Shown: positions 48,885-58,502, counted from the first letter of the stretch. The stretch is 64,000 nucleotides of DNA from an uncultured Bacteroides sp. (GCA_964604655.1 CAZRZY010000005.1:10031-74030); one strand, 5' to 3'. Made by a program: numbers and translations. The notes: a model not told the origin generated them from the sequence alone.

Positions 48885-50768
48885 ATGAAAAGCAATTATT
48901 TCTATCAGATATTACCTGCCGGCGAGATCATCCCCCAGGGCTGGATCCGTGCCCAATTATACAACGATCTGGAGGAGGGGTACGCGGGTCGCTACGAACA
49001 GGTACATCCCACCGTGAATCATCATGTATTCATCCATCAGGACCGCACCAGTAAACGGCATTGGAATCCCAGGAAAGAGTGGTGGAACGGTGAGCACGAG
49101 GGATACTGGAAGGACGGGGTGATCCGGATGGCATTTCTGACCGGCCACAAAGCATACCAGGAGCTCTCGGAAAAGTGGATCGAAGAACTCCTTAATCACC
49201 AGGGGCCGGAAGGGTACATCGGCATTTACAGGGCCAGTGAAGAACCCGACAGCAGGTTCAACCACCGTTCGGGTAACGGCGAATTATGGGCCACCAGCCG
49301 TATTTTGATGGCCATGCTGGCCTACTACGAATTTACCGGAGAGCGGACCGTACTGGAGGCTGTAAAACGTGCCACCAGGCTGGTTATGGATAAATACCGG
49401 GAAAAGAATTATTTCATCAACCGCGGTCGGGGTGGCGGAGTAAGCCACGGGATCGGTTTCTTTGAGATTCTGGAGTGGATATACCGGATCACCCGACAAA
49501 GGGACTATGCCGATTTCGCCCTTAAACTGTATGAAGATTTCAACGAGGGCAGGGTAAGGGATGACGATCTGAAAACCGGTCACCTTCTTTCGCAGGAGCG
49601 CAAATTCCACATGCACGGTGCCCATGTAGCCGAAGGACTCTTCGTTCCCGAAATGATCCGATGGCTGGACGGATCTGCCGATTTGGTAAAGGCGGCCGGA
49701 CAGGTGAGGGATAAACTGGATCATCACCTGACACCCGGAGGAGCCATGCGCTGCGACGAATGGGTCAAAGGCCGGCAGGGCACCGCCGATGAGCGTTATG
49801 AATATTGCGGGATCGCCGAGATGATCAGCCCTCTGAACAGGATGATCAGCTTCAACGGTCATCTCCATCAGGCCGACCTGATCGAACGGATGGCATTCAA
49901 TGCCGGCCAGGGAGCGCGGTTCCCGGTACTCTCGGCATTATCCTATCTTACCACCGATAATCGCATCCGTATCAACCATTTTGAAATCGGGAGGAGAGAA
50001 TCCTATGATTCGGCGCACTTCGCCGCCGTTTGCTGTGCACTGAACGGGATCCGCCTGATGCCCTATTACGTGGAAGGCATGTGGGCCAGAAATACGGAGA
50101 ACGGCGGACTGACCGCTTTACTATTCGGCCCAAGCAAGGTGCGGACAAGGGTCCATGGGGTCAGGGTGGAGATTACCGAAGAGACCGGGTATCCCTTTTC
50201 CGACCATCTGCAATTCCACTTTGATCCGGAAAAACCAGTCGAATTCACATTCTCCTTCAGAAAACCATTCGGATTGGAGGCTTTGGAGGTAAATGCCCCT
50301 GCCGGAGCGGTCCGTGAAGATCAGAAAGACCTTATGATCATCCGGAATACCTGGAAGCGGGGCGATATAGTGGAAGTACGGTTCGATTTCCAGGTGGAGG
50401 AGGTTAAACAACCTCCTTCGTCAACGGTTAAGGGAGTAGGGGCCTATTTGAGAAGGGGACCACTGGTGTACGCCCTGCCGTTCGAATACGAGGTAAAAGG
50501 ACGGAAGAAGCGAAGGAAAAGCGGATTTTACCGCTACCGGCTGAAAGCCCGTTCACGCAGCGGATGGAATTACAAAATACCCGCCGGTGAGTTTTTTTAT
50601 CCGGTATGGAATGGAAGTAAGGATGAAAAGGGTCCCTGGAGACACCCTCCGGTAGTCCTGAAGGGATCGCTGGTGGATAAGAAAGGAGATAAGATACCAT
50701 CCGACCTGGTGCCCATGGGAACTACGGTATTTCGCAGGGTTACTTTCCCTGTCAGTTATGTGGAATGA
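48885..50768 (+). CDS. DUF1680 / glycoside hydrolase family 127-like protein (beta-L-arabinofuranosidase-like)
   Basis: 627 aa. The alpha/alpha-barrel-like region is followed by YEYCGIAE and AAVCCALNGIR, which resemble the Cys-rich Zn/catalytic motifs of GH127. The subfamily is not resolvable by eye. Confidence 0.55.
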   Translation: MKSNYFYQILPAGEIIPQGWIRAQLYNDLEEGYAGRYEQVHPTVNHHVFIHQDRTSKRHWNPRKEWWNGEHEGYWKDGVIRMAFLTGHKAYQELSEKWIEELLNHQGPEGYIGIYRASEEPDSRFNHRSGNGELWATSRILMAMLAYYEFTGERTVLEAVKRATRLVMDKYREKNYFINRGRGGGVSHGIGFFEILEWIYRITRQRDYADFALKLYEDFNEGRVRDDDLKTGHLLSQERKFHMHGAHVAEGLFVPEMIRWLDGSADLVKAAGQVRDKLDHHLTPGGAMRCDEWVKGRQGTADERYEYCGIAEMISPLNRMISFNGHLHQADLIERMAFNAGQGARFPVLSALSYLTTDNRIRINHFEIGRRESYDSAHFAAVCCALNGIRLMPYYVEGMWARNTENGGLTALLFGPSKVRTRVHGVRVEITEETGYPFSDHLQFHFDPEKPVEFTFSFRKPFGLEALEVNAPAGAVREDQKDLMIIRNTWKRGDIVEVRFDFQVEEVKQPPSSTVKGVGAYLRRGPLVYALPFEYEVKGRKKRRKSGFYRYRLKARSRSGWNYKIPAGEFFYPVWNGSKDEKGPWRHPPVVLKGSLVDKKGDKIPSDLVPMGTTVFRRVTFPVSYVE

Positions 50769-50799
50769 GCATGTATCAAACAATATAGATTCAGCCATC

Positions 50800-51576
50800 A
50801 TGGAAAAGAAAGTCAGCATTGTCATTTGCGCCTACAACGAAGAAGAGACCATCGAGTATGTGGTCCGGACCTGCCATAAGTTCAACCCCAAAGCCGAAAT
50901 CATGGTGGTGGACGATGGTTCACAGGATCGCACCCCCGAGATCCTTGCCTCCCTGGAAAGTGAGATTCCCATTAAGGTGGTTAAGCTGGAAGAGAACCGT
51001 GGTAAGAGTTTTGCCATGGCCACCGGGGTGGAAAAGGCAAAGCACGAGATCATCCTGTTCTTTGATGCCGATGTCACCGGGATTCGGGAAAAACACTTCC
51101 GGCAGCTGCTGGACCCGATGCTCATCAACCCTCCGGAAGCCGATATGGTCGTGGGCTCCCCTTCCGAAACCCTGATCAACTACAGGATCAATCCTTTCAG
51201 AAACCTGACCGGTGAACGAACCCTGTTCCGGGAGGACCTGCTTCCGATCCTGGAGGATATCAGGTATATTCAGTTCGGTGTGGAGACCTATATCAACCTC
51301 TATTTTCAGTCCCGGGGTAAGAGCATCAAATACACCTTGCTGGAAGGACTGAGCCATCCCACCAAATACAAAAAGACCACCTCTGGTGCGGCCACCCGTG
51401 AGTTTGTGGAGGAAGGCCGACAGATTGCAGAAACGCTCCTTGGGAATTACGACCTGATCCTGAAGTCCATCGGCGCCAACATTGATGAAAAAGGAGCCGC
51501 CATGAAGGAATCTTACCGGAAACTGCAGGAGGAGGTCAACGAAAGGATTCGGATCCTTCTGGGAAACAATGGATAG
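50800..51576 (+). CDS. Family 2 glycosyltransferase
   Basis: MEKKVSIVICAYNEEETI, VVDDGSQDRT, FFDADV. The longest ORF starts at 50758. Confidence 0.85.
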   Translation: MEKKVSIVICAYNEEETIEYVVRTCHKFNPKAEIMVVDDGSQDRTPEILASLESEIPIKVVKLEENRGKSFAMATGVEKAKHEIILFFDADVTGIREKHFRQLLDPMLINPPEADMVVGSPSETLINYRINPFRNLTGERTLFREDLLPILEDIRYIQFGVETYINLYFQSRGKSIKYTLLEGLSHPTKYKKTTSGAATREFVEEGRQIAETLLGNYDLILKSIGANIDEKGAAMKESYRKLQEEVNERIRILLGNNG

Positions 51577-52597
51577 GAAAAAGATCCAGTCGCTGATTTT
51601 CCTGGCCGTCGGCATCGGCCTGTTCTGGTTTGTATACAGGGACATGAAGCTGGAGGTTTTAAAGAATCAACTCCACCGGGTGCAGTGGTGGTGGATCATC
51701 GTATCTATCCTGCTCAACCTATTCAGCCAGATGGTCAAATCCCTCCGCTGGAAGCTATTGATCATACCGTTGCAGCACAGGCCGGGTATGCTGAATCTAT
51801 TCCTCTCCAACCTGATCCTCGCGTTCACCAACCTGGTCATCCCAAGGGGAGGAGAAATTGCCCGGCTGGGCGTTATCCGGAAATTTGAAGGAATCCCTTT
51901 GACCAAGCTCCTGGGCACGGCCATTACCGAAAGGTTGACCGACCTCATCGTTCTGGGAGGGATCACCATCACCCTTATCATCTGGCAGCTGGATGAAATA
52001 AGGGCCCTTCTTCGCTCCGCAGGGATCAATCCTGAAGCGGACAGCCTTTTACACATTCTATTCATATCGGCAGGCGCAGTCGGGTTTTTGATCGGGGTCT
52101 ACTGGATCATTCAGAAAACTGAATGGAGTAAAAAGCTGACCCACAAGCTAAAGAAAATGAAAGCAGAGGTCGGAGAGGGACTGAAGACCCTGTTAAAGGT
52201 CAAACGTAAAGGATGGTACTTTTTTCTCTCCCTCTTTCAGTTTGTTCTCTGGTTGATGATGCTTTATGTGATATTTTTTGCCTTTCCCCCAACCCGGGAG
52301 CTCTCCCTGAAAGCGGCGGCATTCACCTTCGGACTCTCCACACTGGCGTTCCTGATTCCTGTCCAGGGGGGCATCGGGGCATGGCACTTTTTGGTGGTAC
52401 AGGCGCTGATGCAGTTCGGAATCGATGAAGCCACCGGTAAGGTTTTTGCCCTGATCGCCCACTCCTTCACCATGCTGATCAACCTGGTGATTGGTGCCAT
52501 CGCATTTATCCTCCTGCCGGTAGTCAACCGGAACCGTAATGCCGGATATGGAAATTACAACAGCCAGGGAAGTGTGGAGAACCCACCACGGTCCTGA
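51569..52597 (+). CDS. Lysylphosphatidylglycerol-synthase-TM-region / UPF0104 flippase-like membrane protein
   Basis: 342 aa, about 8 TM, with a VKSLRWKLLI motif near TM2. Overlaps the GT2 gene by 8 nt. Confidence 0.65.
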   Translation: MDRKKIQSLIFLAVGIGLFWFVYRDMKLEVLKNQLHRVQWWWIIVSILLNLFSQMVKSLRWKLLIIPLQHRPGMLNLFLSNLILAFTNLVIPRGGEIARLGVIRKFEGIPLTKLLGTAITERLTDLIVLGGITITLIIWQLDEIRALLRSAGINPEADSLLHILFISAGAVGFLIGVYWIIQKTEWSKKLTHKLKKMKAEVGEGLKTLLKVKRKGWYFFLSLFQFVLWLMMLYVIFFAFPPTRELSLKAAAFTFGLSTLAFLIPVQGGIGAWHFLVVQALMQFGIDEATGKVFALIAHSFTMLINLVIGAIAFILLPVVNRNRNAGYGNYNSQGSVENPPRS

Positions 52598-52734
52598 GGA
52601 AAAACATCCAGGCATTTCCGCAGTTATTCACGTAACTTGCTGATTATCTATATCTGAAAATTCTGGCATGATATTCTCACTGAAACTGTCACCATACTTG
52701 TAAAAGTCAGATAAGAACTTAAAAACGCAGAAAA

Positions 52735-53046
52735 ATGTCAAACTCATCATCCAATGCTGTATTAGGGTTTCTGGCAGGAGCTGCCACTGGGGCCGTTGCC
52801 GGGATATTATTCGCACCCGACAAGGGAACCAAGACCCGTAAGAAGATCAAGAAAAAGGCGAAACAGGCCAATGAAGACCTGAAGGAGAATCTGCAGGATA
52901 GTGTGCAGGATCTGAAAGACTACATTTCGGAATTCGTGGACGATGTGAAAGAGCGGTTCGAAACCCTCGAGTCACAGGTAGAGGAGAAAGCCGGTGAAGC
53001 AGAAAAGGCCGCCAGCAAAGCAGCAGCCGGCGCAGGTAAGAAATAG
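52735..53046 (+). CDS. YtxH domain-containing protein
   Basis: 103 aa. GFLAGAATGAVAGILFAPDKGTKTRKKIKKKA followed by an amphipathic helix. Confidence 0.85.
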   Translation: MSNSSSNAVLGFLAGAATGAVAGILFAPDKGTKTRKKIKKKAKQANEDLKENLQDSVQDLKDYISEFVDDVKERFETLESQVEEKAGEAEKAASKAAAGAGKK

Positions 53047-53080
53047 GGTTGATCCGTTACCATTAACCTGAATTATTCGA

Positions 53081-53446
53081 ATGGATAACCGTACCCTTTC
53101 AGAAAGCTTTTCAGAACTCAGTGAGGTCGTCCAAAAGTATGTGGACGCCCGAATGCGTTACTGGAAGCTGATAATGCTGGAAAAAAGCACCAGAGCCACC
53201 ACTTTTCTTTTCACTTCAGTGGTCGTGCTGGTGCTTATGCTCTCAGGGATCATTTTTCTGGGGTTTGCATTCAGTTTCTGGTTCGCTGAAGTCTATGGGA
53301 GTCTGTGGATAGGTTTCCTCATCAGTGCGGGCTTTTCCTTACTTTTGCTACTGGTTGCCTTTTTTCTTCGCAAGCATATCTTTTCAAGAAATATCATCCG
53401 GAATTTGAGAAAACTGATCTTTCCGGAGGAAGAAGAGAAGGAATGA
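53081..53446 (+). CDS. Small 2-TM membrane protein (holin-X/DUF1469-like)
   Basis: 121 aa. YVDARMRYWKLIMLEKS followed by two TM. Typical partner of YtxH genes. Confidence 0.55.
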   Translation: MDNRTLSESFSELSEVVQKYVDARMRYWKLIMLEKSTRATTFLFTSVVVLVLMLSGIIFLGFAFSFWFAEVYGSLWIGFLISAGFSLLLLLVAFFLRKHIFSRNIIRNLRKLIFPEEEEKE

Positions 53447-53449
53447 CCT

Positions 53450-53686
53450 ATGAGCCGCCGGCCTCCCTATAGAAAATTAAAAACCCTCCATGATATCCAG
53501 CTAGCCAAGGAGCGAAGCCGCTATGAAATCCTGGTAAGGGAGCAGGCGATCTCTTCCGCCACGAAAGAACTGGGCGATTCATTCCGCAGTATGTTGCGGG
53601 CATCACTATACCAGGCCGGACAAATGGCGGCCATCACAGCGGTTCAGCGGATCATTGCCGCACGCATGGAGAAAAAAAGCAGGTGA
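53450..53686 (+). CDS. Hypothetical small helical protein
   Basis: 78 aa. Lies 3 nt after the preceding gene, on the same strand. Confidence 0.45.
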   Translation: MSRRPPYRKLKTLHDIQLAKERSRYEILVREQAISSATKELGDSFRSMLRASLYQAGQMAAITAVQRIIAARMEKKSR

Positions 53687-53716
53687 AAAAATCAACCTTT
53701 CAACAATTTCAATGCA

Positions 53717-53890
53717 ATGCCCTGGGACAAGAAGAATTACCCCGATTCCATGAAAAACCTCGATCCGAAGGTCCGTAACAAGGCCATCGAGATCGGGAAT
53801 GCAATGCTCGAAAAAGAATCGATGGATGAGGGCCGTGTCATACCCATTGCTATCAGCAAAGCCAGAGAGTGGGCGGAAAAGCGGGATTAG
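53717..53890 (+). CDS. Small conserved protein (57 aa), paralogue of 46825-47073; below the ORF-track length cut-off
   Basis: My own translation: MPWDKKNYPDSMKNLDPKVRNKAIEIGNAMLEKESMDEGRVIPIAISKAREWAEKRD*. The MPW/YP.S.KNL N-terminus resembles ChaB-type small proteins from memory. Confidence 0.55.
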   Translation: MPWDKKNYPDSMKNLDPKVRNKAIEIGNAMLEKESMDEGRVIPIAISKAREWAEKRD

Positions 53891-53907
53891 CAAAATCCGT
53901 TGCGTAG

Positions 53908-54030
53908 AGATATCATATCCACCGGCGTAGCAGAGGAAGTCCCGGGATGCTGTTGGTGGTGCCCTTTCTGGCCATCCTGAAGATCATTTTCAGTCACATC
54001 CCCCGATTAAAGCCCTCCGGAAAATCAAAA
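53908..54030 (+). pseudogene. Possible C-terminal remnant of an AI-2E (PerM) family transporter
   Basis: The translation after the in-frame TAG at 53905 is ..RGSPGMLLVVPFLAILKIIFSHIPRLKPSGKS. This resembles the last TM and tail of AI-2E transporters. It is only about 40 codons. Confidence 0.3.
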
Positions 54031-54076
54031 ACATATTTGTTTTCCGGAAAGGAAAAAACGACGAGAATCAACAGAA

Positions 54077-56800
54077 TTAACCGGACCTTATTCGTCCCCG
54101 CATCCATTTGTAGAGCTCTCCAAAAACAAGTACCAGCGATGATAACAGGGTAATCACCAGGATATCGATCCATGCCATATCCCTGAAGTGAAAGATAGTC
54201 TGCATGAAGGGGAGCTTGATGGCCAGTACCTGGAGAATGATCGAAGCAACAAACGCCAGTACCACCCACCGGTTAGTAAAGAATCCGATCCTGAACACCG
54301 ACTCCTCCAGTGAGCGCAGGTTAAAGGCATTAAAGATCTGGGTCATGGCAATTACAAGGAATGCCCCGGTCCTGGCTTTCTCCACCCCTTCTGGCCTGTA
54401 ATGATTGAATGCCAGCAGGGCCAGTGTGACCATCACAGGCACAATGATCAGGAGATTGGGAAGGATCTGCTTGTTGATGATCCGTTCATTTTTCCCCACC
54501 GGGGGTTGGACCATAATATCCTTATGCCCGGGTTCTGTGGCAAGGCTGATGTCCATGATCCCGTCCGTCACCAAATTGACCCACAGGATCTGGGTGGGAG
54601 AAAGCGGATAGGTAAACCCGATGGATATGGCCGCTATCAGGTTCAGGGTAGAGGCGAAGTTGGTGGTGATCAGAAAGAAGGTGGTCCTGCGGATATTGTT
54701 GAATACGATCCGGCCCTCTTCGATGGCACTCACGATGGATGCAAAGTTATCATCGGAGAGTACGATCTGGGAGGCGTCCTTTGCCACATCCGTACCCCGC
54801 TGTCCCATAGCAATACCCAGGTCGGCAAACTTCAGCGCAGGGGCATCGTTCACCCCGTCGCCGGTCATTCCGATAATCATCTGCTTTCCCTGGACCGATC
54901 GGGCAATTCTCAGCTTTGAATCGGGGCTCACCCGTGCAAATACATTGGTGCATGCGGTGTACCGGTCCAGGGTCTGATCATCCACATCCAGGTCCAGCTC
55001 GGTTAAAACCTGCAGGCACCCCTCCGGGTCCTCCACCTCTTTTATTATACCCACTTCCCGTGCGATGGCCCCTGCAGTGTGTTTGTGATCACCGGTGACC
55101 ATGATCACTCTGATGCCGGCTCTCCTGCATCTGGCCACCGCCTCCTTCACCTCTTCACGGGGAGGATCCATGATCCCGTAAAGCCCGGTAAATATCAGAT
55201 CGGAAGCATCCCCGGCAGTGACCTCTTCCCTCTTCCCGTCCACTGATTTGAATGCGCAACCGATCACCCGCATAGCCTGATTGCTGAGCTCATGGATCTT
55301 CTCCCCGATCTCCTCCTCCAGATCCTGATCCAGCTTTCTGCTCCCTTCGGCGGAAACCACGCTGTCTGAAAGTGAAAGAATCTTCTCGGGGGCTCCCACC
55401 ACAAAAACTTCCCGGCGATCGTCGGGGCAACATACCAGCGATGCCCTGAATTTCTGATCCGAGTTGAAAGGAAGGTCATCGATCACCTTGTAATCTCTGT
55501 ATGGCGGTTCTTTATGGATCCCTGTTTTGTTTGACAGTACCAGCAATGCTGCCTCTGTAGGATCACCCGAGACTTCGGGCTGTCTGTCGCTTTCCTCATT
55601 CAACTCCTTTATGCTGGCATTATTACATCCCCCTGCAATCAGCACCATCCTGGTCAGCATTGGATCGTCGGTTAAGGACAGCTTCTGGCCATCCCTCATG
55701 ATTTCTCCCTCTAACTGGTACCCCTCGCCGGAAACCTCGTATTCACGCTCACCAGGCACGTATATTTTCTTGATGGTGAGGATCCCCCTGGTTATTGTTC
55801 CGGTCTTATCCGTAAGGATCACATTGAGGGAGCCTGCCGTTTCCGTGGCAGTGAACTCCCTGATGATCGCATTTTTCCTGGCCATCCGGTTAGCCCCTAT
55901 GGCAAGGACAATGGAAAGTACTGCCGGAAGGCCTTCCGGTATAGATGAGACCATGGTGGCTATGGTGACCAGCAGGGTCTCCTGGAAGTCAAAGTTCCGT
56001 ATGAAAAATCCGATGACAAAAACCACCAGAGCAGTACCCACTGCGATCCCGGCCATGATTCTGGCAATCTGTGCCGTCAGTTTTCTGAACCTGCTTTCCT
56101 TTTCCCCAACCTGGTGAAGCGACTCTGAGATTTTTCCCAGTTCGGTGTATTTTCCGGTGGCGGTGATGACGGCTTTGCAATTTCCCCTTGCCACATGGGT
56201 CCCTTTGTATATCATATTCACCCTGTCGGCCAGTCCGGTTTTTTTGTCCAGGGGTTCCGTCGATTTTTCAGAGGGCATCGACTCCCCGGTGAGGGAGGCC
56301 TCCACAACCTGAAGATTTTTAATCTTCAGAAGTCTTGCATCGGCCGGTATACTCTTACCTTCCTCCAAAAGCACAATGTCGCCCGGTACCAGCCGGGCAA
56401 TATCCACAATGGTTTTTTCACCCTCTTCCAGAATAGTGGCTTCGTGACTGATGAGCTGTTTCAACGACTCAATGGACTTTTCCGCTTTGAACTCCTGGAA
56501 GAATCCAATGATCCCGTTGACAAGGATCACGCCGATGATCACATACATATCGATCATGTGACCCGCAAAAAAGGAGATCACAGCTGCAGCCAGGAGGACA
56601 TATACAAGGAAATCGTTGAACTGTCTGATGATCAATTTAATAATGCTGGCCTTCTCTTTCTCTTCCAGCTTGTTCGGACCATATTCCTCCAGCCTTTGTT
56701 TTCGTTGTTCCTTATCCAGTCCGTTAGGATCGCTTTTGAGTCGTTCAATTGCCTCATCCGAATCGATACTGTGATAGGGGAATTGTTGATTAACTGCCAT
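54077..56800 (-). CDS. Cation-transporting P-type ATPase (type IIA Ca2+-ATPase-like), second copy
   Basis: 907 aa. SIPEGLPAVLSIVLA, TDKTGTITRG, MVTGDHKHTA, MTGDGVNDAPALKFADLGIAMG. Confidence 0.9.
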   Translation of the reverse strand: MAVNQQFPYHSIDSDEAIERLKSDPNGLDKEQRKQRLEEYGPNKLEEKEKASIIKLIIRQFNDFLVYVLLAAAVISFFAGHMIDMYVIIGVILVNGIIGFFQEFKAEKSIESLKQLISHEATILEEGEKTIVDIARLVPGDIVLLEEGKSIPADARLLKIKNLQVVEASLTGESMPSEKSTEPLDKKTGLADRVNMIYKGTHVARGNCKAVITATGKYTELGKISESLHQVGEKESRFRKLTAQIARIMAGIAVGTALVVFVIGFFIRNFDFQETLLVTIATMVSSIPEGLPAVLSIVLAIGANRMARKNAIIREFTATETAGSLNVILTDKTGTITRGILTIKKIYVPGEREYEVSGEGYQLEGEIMRDGQKLSLTDDPMLTRMVLIAGGCNNASIKELNEESDRQPEVSGDPTEAALLVLSNKTGIHKEPPYRDYKVIDDLPFNSDQKFRASLVCCPDDRREVFVVGAPEKILSLSDSVVSAEGSRKLDQDLEEEIGEKIHELSNQAMRVIGCAFKSVDGKREEVTAGDASDLIFTGLYGIMDPPREEVKEAVARCRRAGIRVIMVTGDHKHTAGAIAREVGIIKEVEDPEGCLQVLTELDLDVDDQTLDRYTACTNVFARVSPDSKLRIARSVQGKQMIIGMTGDGVNDAPALKFADLGIAMGQRGTDVAKDASQIVLSDDNFASIVSAIEEGRIVFNNIRRTTFFLITTNFASTLNLIAAISIGFTYPLSPTQILWVNLVTDGIMDISLATEPGHKDIMVQPPVGKNERIINKQILPNLLIIVPVMVTLALLAFNHYRPEGVEKARTGAFLVIAMTQIFNAFNLRSLEESVFRIGFFTNRWVVLAFVASIILQVLAIKLPFMQTIFHFRDMAWIDILVITLLSSLVLVFGELYKWMRGRIRSG

Positions 56801-57255
56801 TATCGGTTCTTTAAAAATCGGTTGGTGATCAATCCCAGCAGATAGTTGATGAACAGGACGAAGAGGGTGACCCCGGTGGCCAGGATATACTGTTTCAGGG
56901 CCACGGCAATACCAATACCGGCCGAAAACAGAATGGTGGCGGAGGAGGTCAGATACTTGACCTTGGACTCTTCCTTGATCTGCAGGACCATCCCGGCGCC
57001 AATAAAACTGATACCCACAATGATCGCCTGGATCACCCGGGTGGGATCGGTGCTGATGAACTCTGTGAGACCCATCGCATGAAACCGGACCACTATGATC
57101 TCGCCCAGGGCCACCAGAAGGGCCACCGCTCCGCCAATAATCATATTGGTGCGGATCCCTGCCGGCTTATGCTCTCTTTCTCTCTCCAGACCGACAATCC
57201 CTGATAGAAATGCTGCGATAATCACATGAAGCAGTATGCCTAACTCATCCTTCAT
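56800..57255 (-). CDS. mgtC: MgtC/SapB family membrane protein
   Basis: 151 aa. GIVGLEREREHKPAGIRTNMIIG signature. Shares 1 nt with the downstream ATPase start. Confidence 0.9.
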   Translation of the reverse strand: MKDELGILLHVIIAAFLSGIVGLEREREHKPAGIRTNMIIGGAVALLVALGEIIVVRFHAMGLTEFISTDPTRVIQAIIVGISFIGAGMVLQIKEESKVKYLTSSATILFSAGIGIAVALKQYILATGVTLFVLFINYLLGLITNRFLKNR

Positions 57256-57731
57256 TACACTTTAACTGGCTTTAGGTTTATTTATACTCCTGGCAACAAT
57301 CAATCCAGAACTACAGGGATCACGATTCAAACAATGTCCCTTTTATCGGCAACTATTGATCCACTTTGCACTGCAGCAGACTGCGGGCAGAAGGGCAAAT
57401 TCCCGGCTCTGTGCCAACCTTGATCACCCTCTGTGCCCGGTTGTGGAATATTGTCGCACAACCTGTGAAAAATATGCTACAACCCCGGAACCGTCCCGTG
57501 GAAAAATCCCGCCAGGCAGTGTGGCCTCTTCCTTTCTGCCGTTCTGGTTTGTCCTCCAGCAACCGGGATGGGATCGGGAAGTAGTTCAAAGGATGATCTT
57601 GCTGTTAGCAGTGGAGGCTACCCTGGTGATTGGAACACTCTTTGCTGTATAAGGGATCGTCTGTGATGGGGCCATCGTCGGGTCCTGCTATTAAGCGGTG
57701 TTAAAATACAAACCATAAAAATTATTCAGCT

Positions 57732-58502
57732 ATGTACCGATTAAGAGAAAAAACAGTATTAGTCACCGGTGGAGCACTGGGAATAGGAAAAGAAACCTGT
57801 AGGCTGGCTGCCGCAGAAGGAGCAAAGGTTGCTATAACCGACATCAAGGATGAAGAGGGTAACCGGCTGGCCGATGAGATCAGGACCGCCGGTGCGGATG
57901 CCAACTACTGGCACCTCGATGTTTCCGATGAAGCGGAGGTGAAGAAGGTATTTACCCAGATCCATGATGACCTGGGCAAGATCGACGTCCTGGTCAATAA
58001 TGCCGGAATCTCTGGTACCAATAAACCTACCGACGAGCTCACCCTGGAGCAGTGGCAGAAGGTGATCGACATCAATGTGAACGGAGTATTTCTCTGCACC
58101 AGGGAAGTGATTCCCTATATGCGCCAGAATGGTTCAGGGAGCATTATCAACCTGTCGTCCATTTACGGGATCATCAGCTCCAGGGATATTCCCCCCTACC
58201 ATGCATCCAAAGGAGCAGTCAGACTAATGACCAAAACCGATGCCCTGTTTTATGCCGGAGATAAGATCAGGGTCAATTCCGTTCACCCCGGCTTTATCTG
58301 GACACCCCTGGTAGAAGAGATGGGCAAAAGCTCGGAAGAGGGAGTGGAAGGTTTCAGGAAAAAGCTGGACTCCCTTCATCCCCTTGGACATGTGGGCAAA
58401 CCCGAAGACATCGCCTATGGAATCATCTTCCTGGCCAGTGATGAATCAAGATTCATGACCGGGAGTGAACTGATCATTGATGGCGGGTATACCTGTCAAT
58501 AG
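57732..58502 (+). CDS. Classical SDR oxidoreductase (glucose-1-dehydrogenase / 3-oxoacyl-ACP-reductase-like)
   Basis: 256 aa. TGGALGIGKE, NNAG, YHASKGA. Confidence 0.85.
   Translation: MYRLREKTVLVTGGALGIGKETCRLAAAEGAKVAITDIKDEEGNRLADEIRTAGADANYWHLDVSDEAEVKKVFTQIHDDLGKIDVLVNNAGISGTNKPTDELTLEQWQKVIDINVNGVFLCTREVIPYMRQNGSGSIINLSSIYGIISSRDIPPYHASKGAVRLMTKTDALFYAGDKIRVNSVHPGFIWTPLVEEMGKSSEEGVEGFRKKLDSLHPLGHVGKPEDIAYGIIFLASDESRFMTGSELIIDGGYTCQ

Noticed and set aside
57256-57731. An M-box, cobalamin or NiCo riboswitch upstream of mgtC-ATPase, or on the plus strand upstream of the SDR gene.
   Set aside because: Fragments such as GTTAGCAGTGGAGGCTACC (plus strand), GTGGAAAAATCCCGCC and ggcacagag/ctgcagtgc resemble pieces of those consensus sequences. 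However, the order and spacing of the conserved blocks do not match what I remember. I cannot call this without a covariance-model search, so it is kept only as an unexplained long leader.
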